Below, piece by piece: positions 32,835 through 42,875 of a stretch of 64,000 nt of DNA (the stretch's first letter is position 1; every line of letters starts with the position of its first letter). The translations under genes and the position numbers were made by a program. The notes under the pieces were generated by a model that ran no database searches, was not told the origin of the DNA, and saw nothing but the letters and a program-made list of their open reading frames with translations. Source of the stretch: Clostridia bacterium. GTDB taxonomy: Bacteria > Bacillota > Clostridia > JAAYHZ01. The DNA lies in contig JBMNIH010000002.1 of the NCBI GenBank assembly GCA_050950825.1, positions 448,001 through 512,000 on the forward strand, read 5' to 3'.

Positions 32835-34052
32835 TCAATACGTAAATTTTTTTGATTGAATCTTGCTTAGCATTAATGTTTTGTCCAACGGTTTAATTTC
32901 TTTTACGATATACTCCCTCATCGCCTGTCCTTCCGGCGACTGCTGCGGATAACTGATAAAGTCGAGATCGATACCGAGAGCACGGCTGACTTTCAAAGCC
33001 ATTATAGGCCATATAACGCCGATATCGCCGACAATGGGAATGCTGTTTTCCAGTCTAGAGAATGCGGACATCTCCATACGGAACGGGATTTTCGACAGCT
33101 TGGTTTTGGGCAGCCCCTTGTCAATCGCTGATTGAATGGTACCGCTTTTTTTGTCCAGCTCCCAAGCTTTTTTCAGGTTCTCATCCAAATCGATCCTGAT
33201 AATGGTTTTGTCCTTCAGACTGTAGGTGTTGTATCCCATCCGGTGGTGCCATATTCCGTGACCCGTATACGTTTCAAAGGGACCGTCATGGATCTCCTGC
33301 GTTAAGACAACGGCAGACTCAATAATCACATCCGCATCCTGCAGCATTTGAGCGATTCTTGCGCATCTTTGCGTATTCGGTATGCTGTCCGCGATGCACA
33401 TGCCCACCGCTCCGCCGCCTACCAGTTGTGGAACACTGACAAGAACCGGTATCCCCTTCCTTGCTCCCGTACCGATCATGGTGCGTTCATCGGCCCCTAA
33501 GCCGGCTACGCTTTCAAAGGGCATGCCGTAAGTCCTTGCAATGGCACCGATTTCGTAAGCGAGCATTTCCGTGCGTAGTCCCATGGGATAAGCCATATTC
33601 CCCGCCGCCTTGATGATGACCGAGCCTTCGATTTCGGCGCCTCGTTTTAACAGGTTTTCGTCCAAAATCATCTCTTTACTTAAGGTATCCAATTGCTCTT
33701 CCGTCATTTCGGTAAACTCAAATATGTTACCTCTCGGTGTTTTGGAAAGGTCAATGTATCCTTTTAATTTTTCCGCATCCACCCTCTTTACCTTATCAAG
33801 AACGCCGCCCATTTCATGGGCAATTACCGCGGAGCTGGTGGTAACGCCGTCGATGATTCCTTTTTTCATAAGCTCCGCGATCAGCGTCGTAACCCCTTCG
33901 TGGATGTTGGGCCCGCTGCCCGTAGCCACAACCACTTTACCGCCTTTTTTCTTCACCTCGACTATTTTATCCACGGACCGATCCGTGAAGCTTTTTGTCT
34001 CGGCATCCAAAAGGTTATACAAACCGTTTATGACCTCGCAATTTACATTCAT
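32835..34052 (-). CDS. Hypothetical protein, possibly deoxyhypusine-synthase-like NAD-binding fold
   Basis: VVVATGSG...LIAELMKKGIIDGVTTSSAVIAHE, IPVLV and C-terminal IVGD..VIWP segments resemble DHS-like proteins. Confidence 0.45.
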   Translation of the reverse strand: MNVNCEVINGLYNLLDAETKSFTDRSVDKIVEVKKKGGKVVVATGSGPNIHEGVTTLIAELMKKGIIDGVTTSSAVIAHEMGGVLDKVKRVDAEKLKGYIDLSKTPRGNIFEFTEMTEEQLDTLSKEMILDENLLKRGAEIEGSVIIKAAGNMAYPMGLRTEMLAYEIGAIARTYGMPFESVAGLGADERTMIGTGARKGIPVLVSVPQLVGGGAVGMCIADSIPNTQRCARIAQMLQDADVIIESAVVLTQEIHDGPFETYTGHGIWHHRMGYNTYSLKDKTIIRIDLDENLKKAWELDKKSGTIQSAIDKGLPKTKLSKIPFRMEMSAFSRLENSIPIVGDIGVIWPIMALKVSRALGIDLDFISYPQQSPEGQAMREYIVKEIKPLDKTLMLSKIQSKKFTY

Positions 34053-34079
34053 TTCCTACCCCCTCGCTTTGGTATATAT

Positions 34080-34143
34080 TGTTCTATATATTAGAACACT
34101 GTTCTCTAATAAATATATTATGATACATTAAAAAAAATGTCAA
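34080..34143 (-). promoter_or_regulatory. Sigma-A promoter and palindromic IclR-type operator for the kdsB cluster
   Basis: TTGACA (34143-34138), 17 bp, TAATAT; palindrome TGTTCTA-TATAT-TAGAACA at 34080-34098. Confidence 0.6.
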
Positions 34144-34159
34144 CCATGAGGACAAATAT

Positions 34160-35473
34160 TTAATCGTTACGTATTTTCAATCTTGAGACGTAGCCGCCAC
34201 TATGCCGGTCCAAGGAATAGACTTCGAGCCATAGGTCGGAAGCTCTTTGTTCTTGTTTTAAGGGGATTTTTCCTTGTACTTCTTGAAAACCCCTTACCTT
34301 TACAACGGTATGGTCGATTTGTTTTACGGTCATGGAAGGAAGGGCTTTTCCCTTCTCCGCTGCAGGAGGAAGCGCGGGGTTTCCGTTATATACCGTAACC
34401 AAGGTCCGGTTGCTGTTGAACACTCCTTGGTTTTTAAGAGTAAAACAAATCGTTTGGTCGACGATTTTCGCATCGTTAACGTCCACATGATGATGCAATT
34501 GGTCTTCTTTAACGGAAACACAAGCATATGCGTCCACAATTCCGTAGCCTAGCAAGTCGCTTTTGCCATCCTCGTCAACAGGCAATTGTTGGGGCATATA
34601 CGCCGTATTCTGCATGATTTGCTTTATTTGCTCGTTTTTCAACTGCGGAAATCTTGCTCTTACCAACGCGGCTACGCCTCCCGCGAATCCGCACGCCATA
34701 CAACCGCCGGTAAAAAAGATGTAATTTTGATCGCCGCCGTAGCCGTAAATATGGTCCGTTTCCGGCTTTCCCTTTCGTTCCCCTCCGGGAGCGGCCATAT
34801 CCACGTAATCCGCAGAGTCGCATATATCTGCCGGCAAATGATGTCGGTTGGAGGATCCGACGGCAATCACGGCATCCGTTCCGGTGTAATAAGCCACCCT
34901 TCGACCGCGATTGTCACAGGTCCCGGAAAAGATCATACAATCGTTATCGTAGGCATAGTCCAATGCTTCCAACAGCTCCGTATTATCATACGGAAAAGCA
35001 AAGTCGCCACCCAACTCAAACAGGCTTTTCCCGTATTCTCGTTCTCCGTTTAAATATCCGTGGGGCATAACGATAACGGATGCACCGTTATCCACGGCAA
35101 AGCGTACGGCTTTACTCCAGCAGTCCGGATTTCCGTAACCTACTCGGACAATCATAATTTTGCATTCGGGAGCCGTATTTGCAATCTCGCCCGCCACAAA
35201 TACGTGGTGGCCTTTATGATAATCGTTTTGAGGGTTGTCGTATTCCAACGTATAGTCATCGGAAAACGCGTCATAACCGTTGACCGTGCCGATACCGGGA
35301 ATGCTCTTTTCCCAAAGATGCCCCTCCATCATGGGATGGTGACGATACCCTAAGTCGATTACCGCGACAATGATATCGGCGGATGAACGGGTAATCCGGT
35401 GGGCTTGATGAACATTCAAGCATTCCAATGCCCAACCGTAAGGCTTTAAAGAAAAATCGGATAAGTCATTCAT
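34160..35473 (-). CDS. S8 subtilisin-fold protein with Cys in place of the catalytic Ser
   Basis: VAVIDLG (Asp), KGHHVFVAGEI (His), CDN (oxyanion Asn), VIAVG, DMAAPG, GGCMACGFAGGVAALV, GYGIVDA. Confidence 0.8.
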   Translation of the reverse strand: MNDLSDFSLKPYGWALECLNVHQAHRITRSSADIIVAVIDLGYRHHPMMEGHLWEKSIPGIGTVNGYDAFSDDYTLEYDNPQNDYHKGHHVFVAGEIANTAPECKIMIVRVGYGNPDCWSKAVRFAVDNGASVIVMPHGYLNGEREYGKSLFELGGDFAFPYDNTELLEALDYAYDNDCMIFSGTCDNRGRRVAYYTGTDAVIAVGSSNRHHLPADICDSADYVDMAAPGGERKGKPETDHIYGYGGDQNYIFFTGGCMACGFAGGVAALVRARFPQLKNEQIKQIMQNTAYMPQQLPVDEDGKSDLLGYGIVDAYACVSVKEDQLHHHVDVNDAKIVDQTICFTLKNQGVFNSNRTLVTVYNGNPALPPAAEKGKALPSMTVKQIDHTVVKVRGFQEVQGKIPLKQEQRASDLWLEVYSLDRHSGGYVSRLKIRND

Positions 35474-35484
35474 GCTTTATCCTC

Positions 35485-36534
35485 CTACCCAATGGGGTTC
35501 CAAACGATCTCTACCTTTTTTCCGGGTACCGCTTCGATGTTGATCAAGGTGTCGGCGCCCTTTCGTTTTATACTCTCCGTTTTATTATGTCCCGTAAATC
35601 CCCCTGACGTTATTGAAAATGAGGTGTTCACTTTGGCCGTATGAGGATCGATGCTTACACCGGAAATTTTTACGGTCACCATGGAGTTGATAACGCCGAC
35701 AGGCCAGCTTCCGTTCATGTCGAATCGGATTCGGTTTTCTTCGCATTCCACGTTTTCGATACGAATGTTTCTTCTCATCAGCTCGTAATCAATCGCGTCA
35801 TCCGGTTTTACGGCCCAAAAATTCCCTTCGGATATTTCGTACAGCTTTTCGAAGTACCGGGTAAGATACAAGGGGGTGGTGCATTTGTGAGATTGGGGTA
35901 CATCCCACATCACAAGATGGGTGGTCAACAGCACCCAAGAATCCTTAACAAAGTCAAGGGACAAGTTTTCCAACCTCAACTCGTTCGGCCATCCCGGTCT
36001 TTCTTTAAAGCCGCCGGATGCCAGCATGCAATTTCCGATGTTGTAAAAATCGTAGCCTTCTCGGTTCGGGCCTCCTTCTACCGACACGCAAGCCAAGTAA
36101 TGCTGCTTTACCAAATCCAAAACGGATTCGTAGTTATACATATCGTTGCATACGGTAAAGATCCGGACCGGGTAATCAATCTCATCCTCAAGTCTGTATT
36201 TGCTCCATACGATTTCTCGAAACATGTTCAGTCCCGGCGATGCCGGAAAACAATAGTGGCTCCAGCTGTGATTGCCGACTCCCCAGCCTTTGTTCAATAA
36301 AAACTTCAAATCATCGGCGCTCATATGGACATAATCATTCAAAGAGCTTAAATAGCAATTTCGTTTTCGTCCCAATTGGCCGGCTACCACATCCACATGT
36401 CCCGGTATATTGAACCTTTCATGAATTGGCAGGGCATTGGCCAGACAATCCACCGTTCCTTCATCGTAGGTCATGGAAAATGCAAATAACGCATCGTTTT
36501 TGAATCGGCAAATACGAACATCAATGTTGCTCAT
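35485..36534 (-). CDS. Polysaccharide deacetylase (CE4/NodB) family protein
   Basis: SMTYDEG, GNHSWSH metal motifs; no signal peptide. Confidence 0.75.
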   Translation of the reverse strand: MSNIDVRICRFKNDALFAFSMTYDEGTVDCLANALPIHERFNIPGHVDVVAGQLGRKRNCYLSSLNDYVHMSADDLKFLLNKGWGVGNHSWSHYCFPASPGLNMFREIVWSKYRLEDEIDYPVRIFTVCNDMYNYESVLDLVKQHYLACVSVEGGPNREGYDFYNIGNCMLASGGFKERPGWPNELRLENLSLDFVKDSWVLLTTHLVMWDVPQSHKCTTPLYLTRYFEKLYEISEGNFWAVKPDDAIDYELMRRNIRIENVECEENRIRFDMNGSWPVGVINSMVTVKISGVSIDPHTAKVNTSFSITSGGFTGHNKTESIKRKGADTLINIEAVPGKKVEIVWNPIG

Positions 36535-36555
36535 GGCGACCTCCTGCCGTCAATT

Positions 36556-37524
36556 TTAAAATGAATCGTCAATGACTATTTTCTTGCCTGTGATTGCGCT
36601 TTCCGTGGCGATTACGGCGATTCTGTTTGCACGTAAAGAGTGCTCCGTGTTGACGATGGGGCTTCCTTTCAGCCAGGTTTCCACCACACTCATTCGCTCC
36701 GGCAAAGGAACCTTCATGCCGACACTCTCTTGGTTTGTACAGAAAACCGTTCCCGCCGCCATGTCCATATCCAGCACTCCCTGTGTTCCGGCAATCATAA
36801 CCCGATAATCGCTTCCTTTTGTTTGCGGGAGCATGCGTTGGCCTTCAATGACCGCCGTGCCGCCGTTGCTTAATTCGCAGTACATGGATGCATGGTTTCG
36901 CAAATTTACTTCGTTTTCGTATCCGATGTTTCCCGTTCGGGCAAGGATGCTTTGAATTTTCAATCCGGTCATCCACTCCAATGCATCGATTCCGTGTATC
37001 AAAAGGTCCAAGAACATGCCTCCGGACCGATTCACGTCTAAAAACCAAGGCGGACGCTGTTCTTTCTTCAATTGCACCGACATCCGAATGTGGCAGTGCA
37101 CCGGCTCTCCGATCATTTTTTTATCCATGCATTCCTTGACGGCCATGTACGAGGGATTGCCCCTTAGCGTCAAAAGCATGATGATGTCTTTTTTTAGCCG
37201 GGATACCGTTTTCTCGATTTCCGCTTGTTCGTTCCGGGTTATGCATAAAGGCTTATCCACCACAACATCCATCCCGCGGGTCATACACTTTTGAACGGTT
37301 TCAAATTTTAGATCGTTTTCGTTGGCAATGCCTGCAAGGTCAAGGGCGTGGTTTTCCGGCATGGCATCCGCATTTCGGTAATTGGGAATACCGTATTGCT
37401 TAAAATGCTTATTGTAAATATCCTCGTTGACGCTTACGGCAACCAAATCGATTCCTTTACCGATACAACCCGTTATTTCGCTTAAATGGGTTTCCCCGCC
37501 GATAATGCATGCTTTCCTATTCAT
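36556..37524 (-). CDS. Gfo/Idh/MocA family oxidoreductase
   Basis: VDKP, SGG.FLDL.IHGID, GTQG. Confidence 0.85.
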   Translation of the reverse strand: MNRKACIIGGETHLSEITGCIGKGIDLVAVSVNEDIYNKHFKQYGIPNYRNADAMPENHALDLAGIANENDLKFETVQKCMTRGMDVVVDKPLCITRNEQAEIEKTVSRLKKDIIMLLTLRGNPSYMAVKECMDKKMIGEPVHCHIRMSVQLKKEQRPPWFLDVNRSGGMFLDLLIHGIDALEWMTGLKIQSILARTGNIGYENEVNLRNHASMYCELSNGGTAVIEGQRMLPQTKGSDYRVMIAGTQGVLDMDMAAGTVFCTNQESVGMKVPLPERMSVVETWLKGSPIVNTEHSLRANRIAVIATESAITGKKIVIDDSF

Positions 37525-37629
37525 TGCGACTCCTTCTTTTTCGGTTTCATTTGTTTTTATTATACCGAATACCCTGCGGTATTTTTTATGTTCTTTATAC
37601 ATTATTTAAGTTTTTATGCGAAAAAATTA

Positions 37630-37660
37630 AAAACGGCCGTGGGTTATTTCCACAGCCGCT
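37630..37660 (-). terminator. Probable rny terminator
   Basis: CGGCTGTGG...CCACGGCCG hairpin then T run on minus strand. Confidence 0.6.
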
Positions 37661-37673
37661 AAATGTCAATTTC

Positions 37674-39239
37674 CTATTTTGCGTAATCGACCGCTCTTGT
37701 TTCTCGAATGACATTGACCTTGATTTGTCCGGGATATTCCAGTTCGCTTTCAATTCGTTTTACAATATCTCGTGATTTAATAATCAAGTCATCGTCCGAT
37801 ACTTCTTCAGGTTTTACAATAATACGAATTTCTCTGCCGGCCTGAATGGCGTAAACCTTATCTACGCCGTCAAAGGAATCGGCAATTTCTTCAAGTTTTT
37901 CGATCCTCTTAATGTAAGATTCCAGTGTTTCTCTTCTTGCTCCGGGTCGTGCGGCGGAAATGGAGTCTGCCGCTTGAACAAGTATAGCTTCGATGCTGGT
38001 GGGCTCAACGTCTCCGTGGTGAGCTAAGACGGCATTGATGACTCTTTCGCTTTCATTGTATTTTCTCAATATGTCAGCGCCGATAGTAACATGAGAACCT
38101 TCTATTTCATGATCGACGGCTTTTCCAATGTCATGCAACAAGCCCGCTCTTTTTGCAGGCATTACGTCGATACCCAATTCTCCTGCCATAATTCCGGCCA
38201 AGTGCGAAACCTCGATGGAATGGTTGAGTACACTTTGACCGTAGCTTGTTCGATACCTTAACTTCCCGATTAGCTTTACGAGATCAGGGTGAAGTCCGTG
38301 GACTCCCGTTTCAAACGTTGCTCTGTCTCCTTCTTCTTTGATAATCGTTTCAATTTCCTTCTGCGCTTTTGCCACCATTTCTTCAATTCTTGCCGGATGG
38401 ATTCTTCCGTCCAAGATTAATTTTTCCAATGCAATGCGCGCCACTTCTCTTCGAATCGGATCAAATCCGGATAATATAACCGCTTCAGGCGTATCGTCGA
38501 TAATGATATCTATACCGGTGAGGGTTTCCAAGGTACGAATATTTCTTCCTTCTCTTCCGATTATTCGACCCTTCATTTCATCGTTAGGCAACGCTACGAC
38601 CGATACGGTGGTTTCGGATACATGATCTGCTGCGCATTTTTGGATGGCTGTCGCAATAATTTCCTTGGCCTTGCGTTCCGCTTCTTCCTTCGTCTTCTCT
38701 TCGAGCTCTTTTAACAACATTGCTTTTTCATGTTTTACTTCGTTTTCGAGAGAGTTTAGTAAGAATTGTTTTCCTTCTTCGACGGTTAAACCGGAGATTC
38801 TTTCTAGTTCTTTGAGTTGTTGTTCCTCTATCCTTTCAATATTGGCTTTCGCCTCATTAATCTTTTCTTCTCGAAGATCAAGCTCTTTGCTTCTTCCTTC
38901 CAATTCGATGGTTTTCTTGTCGATTGCTTCCTCTTTTTGAATGAGTCGTCTTTCTTGTCTGGCAAGTTCATTTCTTCTTTCCCGAACTTCCTTTTCCAAG
39001 TTGAGCTTTGATTTATGAATTTCTTCTTTCGCCATCAACAAGTATTCTCTTTTTTTGCCTTCGGCTTGGCGTTCCGCTTCAATAATGATTCGTTTCGCTT
39101 CTTCCTCGGCACTGCCGATCGCTTCTTCGGCAACTTTTCTTCGGTGTTCTATCCCTTTCTTAAAAGCTATCAATGAAGCAAAAACTGCAATGATTAAACC
39201 AATAACAAAACCAATTATATATTTAAATATATAAGCCAC
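37674..39239 (-). CDS. rny: Ribonuclease Y
   Basis: N-terminal TM, coiled coil, KH ([13 protein letters not shown]), HD (LLHDIGKA), RPGARRE. Confidence 0.98.
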   Translation of the reverse strand: MAYIFKYIIGFVIGLIIAVFASLIAFKKGIEHRRKVAEEAIGSAEEEAKRIIIEAERQAEGKKREYLLMAKEEIHKSKLNLEKEVRERRNELARQERRLIQKEEAIDKKTIELEGRSKELDLREEKINEAKANIERIEEQQLKELERISGLTVEEGKQFLLNSLENEVKHEKAMLLKELEEKTKEEAERKAKEIIATAIQKCAADHVSETTVSVVALPNDEMKGRIIGREGRNIRTLETLTGIDIIIDDTPEAVILSGFDPIRREVARIALEKLILDGRIHPARIEEMVAKAQKEIETIIKEEGDRATFETGVHGLHPDLVKLIGKLRYRTSYGQSVLNHSIEVSHLAGIMAGELGIDVMPAKRAGLLHDIGKAVDHEIEGSHVTIGADILRKYNESERVINAVLAHHGDVEPTSIEAILVQAADSISAARPGARRETLESYIKRIEKLEEIADSFDGVDKVYAIQAGREIRIIVKPEEVSDDDLIIKSRDIVKRIESELEYPGQIKVNVIRETRAVDYAK

Positions 39240-39288
39240 CTCCTATTCAGTTGTCAATTTGCAGACAATCTCTATTGTGTCAATAACA

Positions 39289-39318
39289 ATTGTAATCAAA
39301 TTTAGAATGGTCTGTCAA
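39289..39318 (-). promoter_or_regulatory. Sigma-A promoter of rny
   Basis: TTGACA-18 bp-TACAAT on minus strand. Confidence 0.6.
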
Positions 39319-39379
39319 GCACAAATATGCTTTCGACGGATATTTCTATATCACTTTATCCGGATAGAGTGCTCGTAAG

Positions 39380-40249
39380 TTACGTATTCGCATTTTCCCT
39401 GATTTTTGCAGCCGTTACCGTATTTCTTAACAACATGGTAATGGTCATGGGGCCCACACCGCCGGGAACCGGCGTAATGGCTCCCGCTATATCCTTCACG
39501 TTTTCAAAATCCACGTCTCCGGCCAATTTCCCCGTTTCCAAACGATTGATGCCCACGTCAATGACCACGGCACCGGGTTTCACCATGTCCGCCGTTATAA
39601 AGCGAGGCTTTCCGATGGCCGCCACCAAGATGTCGGCCCTCTTCGTAACCTCCTTCAAATTGGCGGTTCTGCTGTGAGCAACGGTAACCGTGCCGTTTTC
39701 CTTCATCAAAAGCATCGCCATCGGTTTTCCGACGATGTTGCTTCTTCCTACCACAACGCATTCCTTACCTTCCGGCTTCACCCCGGAAAGCTTGATAAGC
39801 TCCATGCATCCTGCAGGAGTACAGGGCAAAAACACCGGATTGCCGGTAAAGAGTTTTCCGGAATTGACGGGATGAAAGCAATCCACATCCTTATTCGGAT
39901 CAATGGCGTCGATGACCTTTTGGGCATTGATGTGGGCCGGTAAAGGCAATTGAACCAATATGCCGTGGACAGCCGAATCCCTATTCAACCGATCAATCAA
40001 ATCCAACAACGTCTTTTCTTCGGTTTTTTCTTCCAAAAAATATTGAAAGGATTGTATCCCAACTTCTTCGCATGCCTTCTTTTTATTATTCACGTAAATC
40101 TTGGATGCCGGATCGTCCCCTACCAGAACCACGGCTAAACCCGGCCGGTTTCCCTCTCGGGTCATTTGCTCAACCTCTTTTTTGATTTCCTCTCGAATAA
40201 CCGTTGACAATTCTTTTCCGCTTAATATTTTTCCGCTCATTTCATACAC
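39380..40249 (-). CDS. folD: Methylenetetrahydrofolate dehydrogenase/cyclohydrolase
   Basis: GILVQLPLP, KDVD, PCTPAG, GRSNIVGKP, TPVPGGVGPMT. Confidence 0.97.
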   Translation of the reverse strand: MYEMSGKILSGKELSTVIREEIKKEVEQMTREGNRPGLAVVLVGDDPASKIYVNNKKKACEEVGIQSFQYFLEEKTEEKTLLDLIDRLNRDSAVHGILVQLPLPAHINAQKVIDAIDPNKDVDCFHPVNSGKLFTGNPVFLPCTPAGCMELIKLSGVKPEGKECVVVGRSNIVGKPMAMLLMKENGTVTVAHSRTANLKEVTKRADILVAAIGKPRFITADMVKPGAVVIDVGINRLETGKLAGDVDFENVKDIAGAITPVPGGVGPMTITMLLRNTVTAAKIRENANT

Positions 40250-40264
40250 TCCAACACTGTCTAT

Positions 40265-42871
40265 TTATTTTTGCTTGCCGAATAACCCCGAATTGACATT
40301 TTTAACGGAGGGCAAGCCGTCTTTCATTTTCATCTCGTTCCATTCTTCCTTGGAGATGAGTACCTGCCTCGGCTTGGAACCTTCGTATCCGCTTATGATA
40401 CCTCTTGCTTCCATTTGGTCGATAATTCGGCCGGCTCTTGCATAGCCGATGGAAAGCTTTCTTTGGATATAGGAAGTGGAGGCTTGGCCGTGAGATACCA
40501 CCAATTCAATGGCCTCGTTCAAAAGCTCATCCGCATCTCCGGCGGAATCTTCCTCGCCGATGGATTCGGAATCGTTTTCTATCTTTTCCATAATATCTTC
40601 GTTGTAGTCCGCCGGTGCGTTGGATTTGACAAAGGATACAATGGATGCCACCTCTTCGTTGCTGACAAAAGTCCCTTGAACGCGAATGGGCACCAATTCT
40701 CCCGCCGGATGGTACAGCATATCCCCTCTTCCTAACAATTTCTCCGCCCCGCCCTTATCCAAAATGGTTCGGGAATCTTGAGGGCTGGATACGGCAAAGG
40801 AGATACGGGAAGGGATGTTGGCCTTTATTACCCCGGTAATAACGTTTACGGAAGGTCTTTGGGTAGCGATGACCAAATGCATACCGGCGGCTCGAGCCAT
40901 TTGCGCCAATCGCTGGATGCTGTCTTCCACCTCGTTTCGGGCTACGGCCATCAAGTCCGCTAACTCGTCGATAATGATAACGATCAAAGGCAGCTTTTCC
41001 GCCGTTCCGGTATTGGCCACCAGCTCGTTGTAGCTGTCGATATCCACCACTTTTTTCTCATAGAACAAATTGTATCGATCCAACATCTCTTGGACCACCC
41101 AGCGTAGAGCTCCCGCCGCCTTCTTCGGATCGGTAACCACCGGTATCAAAAGATGAGGAATACCGTTGTATCGGGATAGCTCCACCATCTTCGGGTCGAT
41201 CATCAAAAGCCTTACGTCCTCCGGAGAAGCTTTGAACAATATGCTCATGATCAAGCTGTTGATGCATACGCTTTTACCGGACCCGGTTGCCCCCGCCACC
41301 AACAGGTGCGGCATTTTGGTAATATCGGCAATAATTACGTTTCCGGAAATATCTTTGCCCAGTACCATGGCCGCTTTGCTCGGATGCTTGATAAACTCCG
41401 TTGATGTGATCATTTCTTTAAAATATACCGGGGTCACCTTGGATTTGGGAATCTCGATTCCAATGGCATCCTTCCCGGGGATAGGCGCTTCCACTCTTAC
41501 CGATCGTGCGGCCAAATTCAATGCGATATCATCGGCCAAATCGGTAAAACGCTTCGCCCTTATACCCGCTTCCGGTTTTAACTCGTAGCGGATGATGGCG
41601 GGACCTTTGGTAATGGTGGAGACGGCAGCTTCCACACCGAAGCTTTTCAAGGTTTCAATCAATTTGGCGGCCTGCAACAAAGTAACGTCCTTTTCGTCCT
41701 TATCCTTTCGAGGAGGAGGCGGATCCTTTAATAAGGAGGCCTTCGGATACTCGTATTGATAAAAAGTACCTTTTAATTCCACCGAATTTTCCGTCGGTTT
41801 TTCCACAGGCTTCTCCGGAAGCTTTTGACGGACCGATTCTTTCGGCTGTTCCTTCTCAGGCAAAAGAATGTTGATGCTTTGCGATTTTATAGGTTTTTCT
41901 TCCTTTACGGGCACAACCGAAGGCTTCGGTTTCGGAAGAATCGGTTCGGCTTTCGGAGCCTCCGGCTCCGGTTCCGAATCCGCTTCCTCGTCCAAAAAAT
42001 CGGAGCTTCGGATGCTGTCTAAAATTCGTATATTAAATGCACCCTTTACCGGTGTTTTCGATTCCTCCGTTTTTTCGAATCCTTCCAATTTCGGAATCGG
42101 TTTTTTCGGCTCTTTCGGTTCTTTATGTTCTTCCGCTTCTTTCATTTGGCGTCGTTCTTTTCGTTTCATTTTCGCACGACGTATCCCTCGCACGATTCCG
42201 ATAATCCCTCGTTTGATCAGTTCGAACACCGTTTGGAAAAACTCGAGAATCGTCATATCCGTAATATAGATCACGGTAATCAATAAAAGTGCGGTCAATA
42301 CCACAATGGTACCGAAGGTTTGGAACACCGATATTAAGGGCATGGCTACCAAGGAGCCTACCGCACCGCCCCCGGCAAGCCTCGTGCCGTTGTTATAGAA
42401 TCTTTCCACTTTGGCACCGAAGGACATCTGGTAGAATTCATCACGGTTGGAAGCGTAATAGGATGTTTGAACCATGGCCGACAACAGGATGAGAAATACC
42501 AGAAAAAGGATTAACCCCTCAAATCCGGCTTCCGGATCCTTTGTGAACAAGGTTCGAAGAGAGTATACGATCAGAAGAATAGGCAAAAAAACGGCAGGCC
42601 ATCCGAACAAGCCGCCCAGCAAATGAGACGTAATGTCGCCGAAAACCCCCACCTTCTCCTGCATGTACAAACCGACAAAAAGCAAGATACCGGTCATCAG
42701 CACCAAAACGGCTATGATATCTCTTTTTACTTTGTGATCTTTCGATTTGCGGACCGAATCGTTTTTCGGTTCGTTTTTCGGCGCAAGCTTCAAATGTCGT
42801 TTTTTGCCTTGGACCTTTTTATTATTTCTGTCGGCCTTGCTTTTGTTTGCCACCTGTACAAAAACCTCCAA
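40265..42871 (-). CDS. ftsK: DNA translocase FtsK/SpoIIIE
   Basis: N-terminal TMs, PHLLVAGATGSGKS, IDELADLM, ATQRPS, gamma domain IGYARAGRIID. Confidence 0.96.
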   Translation of the reverse strand: MEVFVQVANKSKADRNNKKVQGKKRHLKLAPKNEPKNDSVRKSKDHKVKRDIIAVLVLMTGILLFVGLYMQEKVGVFGDITSHLLGGLFGWPAVFLPILLIVYSLRTLFTKDPEAGFEGLILFLVFLILLSAMVQTSYYASNRDEFYQMSFGAKVERFYNNGTRLAGGGAVGSLVAMPLISVFQTFGTIVVLTALLLITVIYITDMTILEFFQTVFELIKRGIIGIVRGIRRAKMKRKERRQMKEAEEHKEPKEPKKPIPKLEGFEKTEESKTPVKGAFNIRILDSIRSSDFLDEEADSEPEPEAPKAEPILPKPKPSVVPVKEEKPIKSQSINILLPEKEQPKESVRQKLPEKPVEKPTENSVELKGTFYQYEYPKASLLKDPPPPRKDKDEKDVTLLQAAKLIETLKSFGVEAAVSTITKGPAIIRYELKPEAGIRAKRFTDLADDIALNLAARSVRVEAPIPGKDAIGIEIPKSKVTPVYFKEMITSTEFIKHPSKAAMVLGKDISGNVIIADITKMPHLLVAGATGSGKSVCINSLIMSILFKASPEDVRLLMIDPKMVELSRYNGIPHLLIPVVTDPKKAAGALRWVVQEMLDRYNLFYEKKVVDIDSYNELVANTGTAEKLPLIVIIIDELADLMAVARNEVEDSIQRLAQMARAAGMHLVIATQRPSVNVITGVIKANIPSRISFAVSSPQDSRTILDKGGAEKLLGRGDMLYHPAGELVPIRVQGTFVSNEEVASIVSFVKSNAPADYNEDIMEKIENDSESIGEEDSAGDADELLNEAIELVVSHGQASTSYIQRKLSIGYARAGRIIDQMEARGIISGYEGSKPRQVLISKEEWNEMKMKDGLPSVKNVNSGLFGKQK

Positions 42872-42875
42872 CTTC

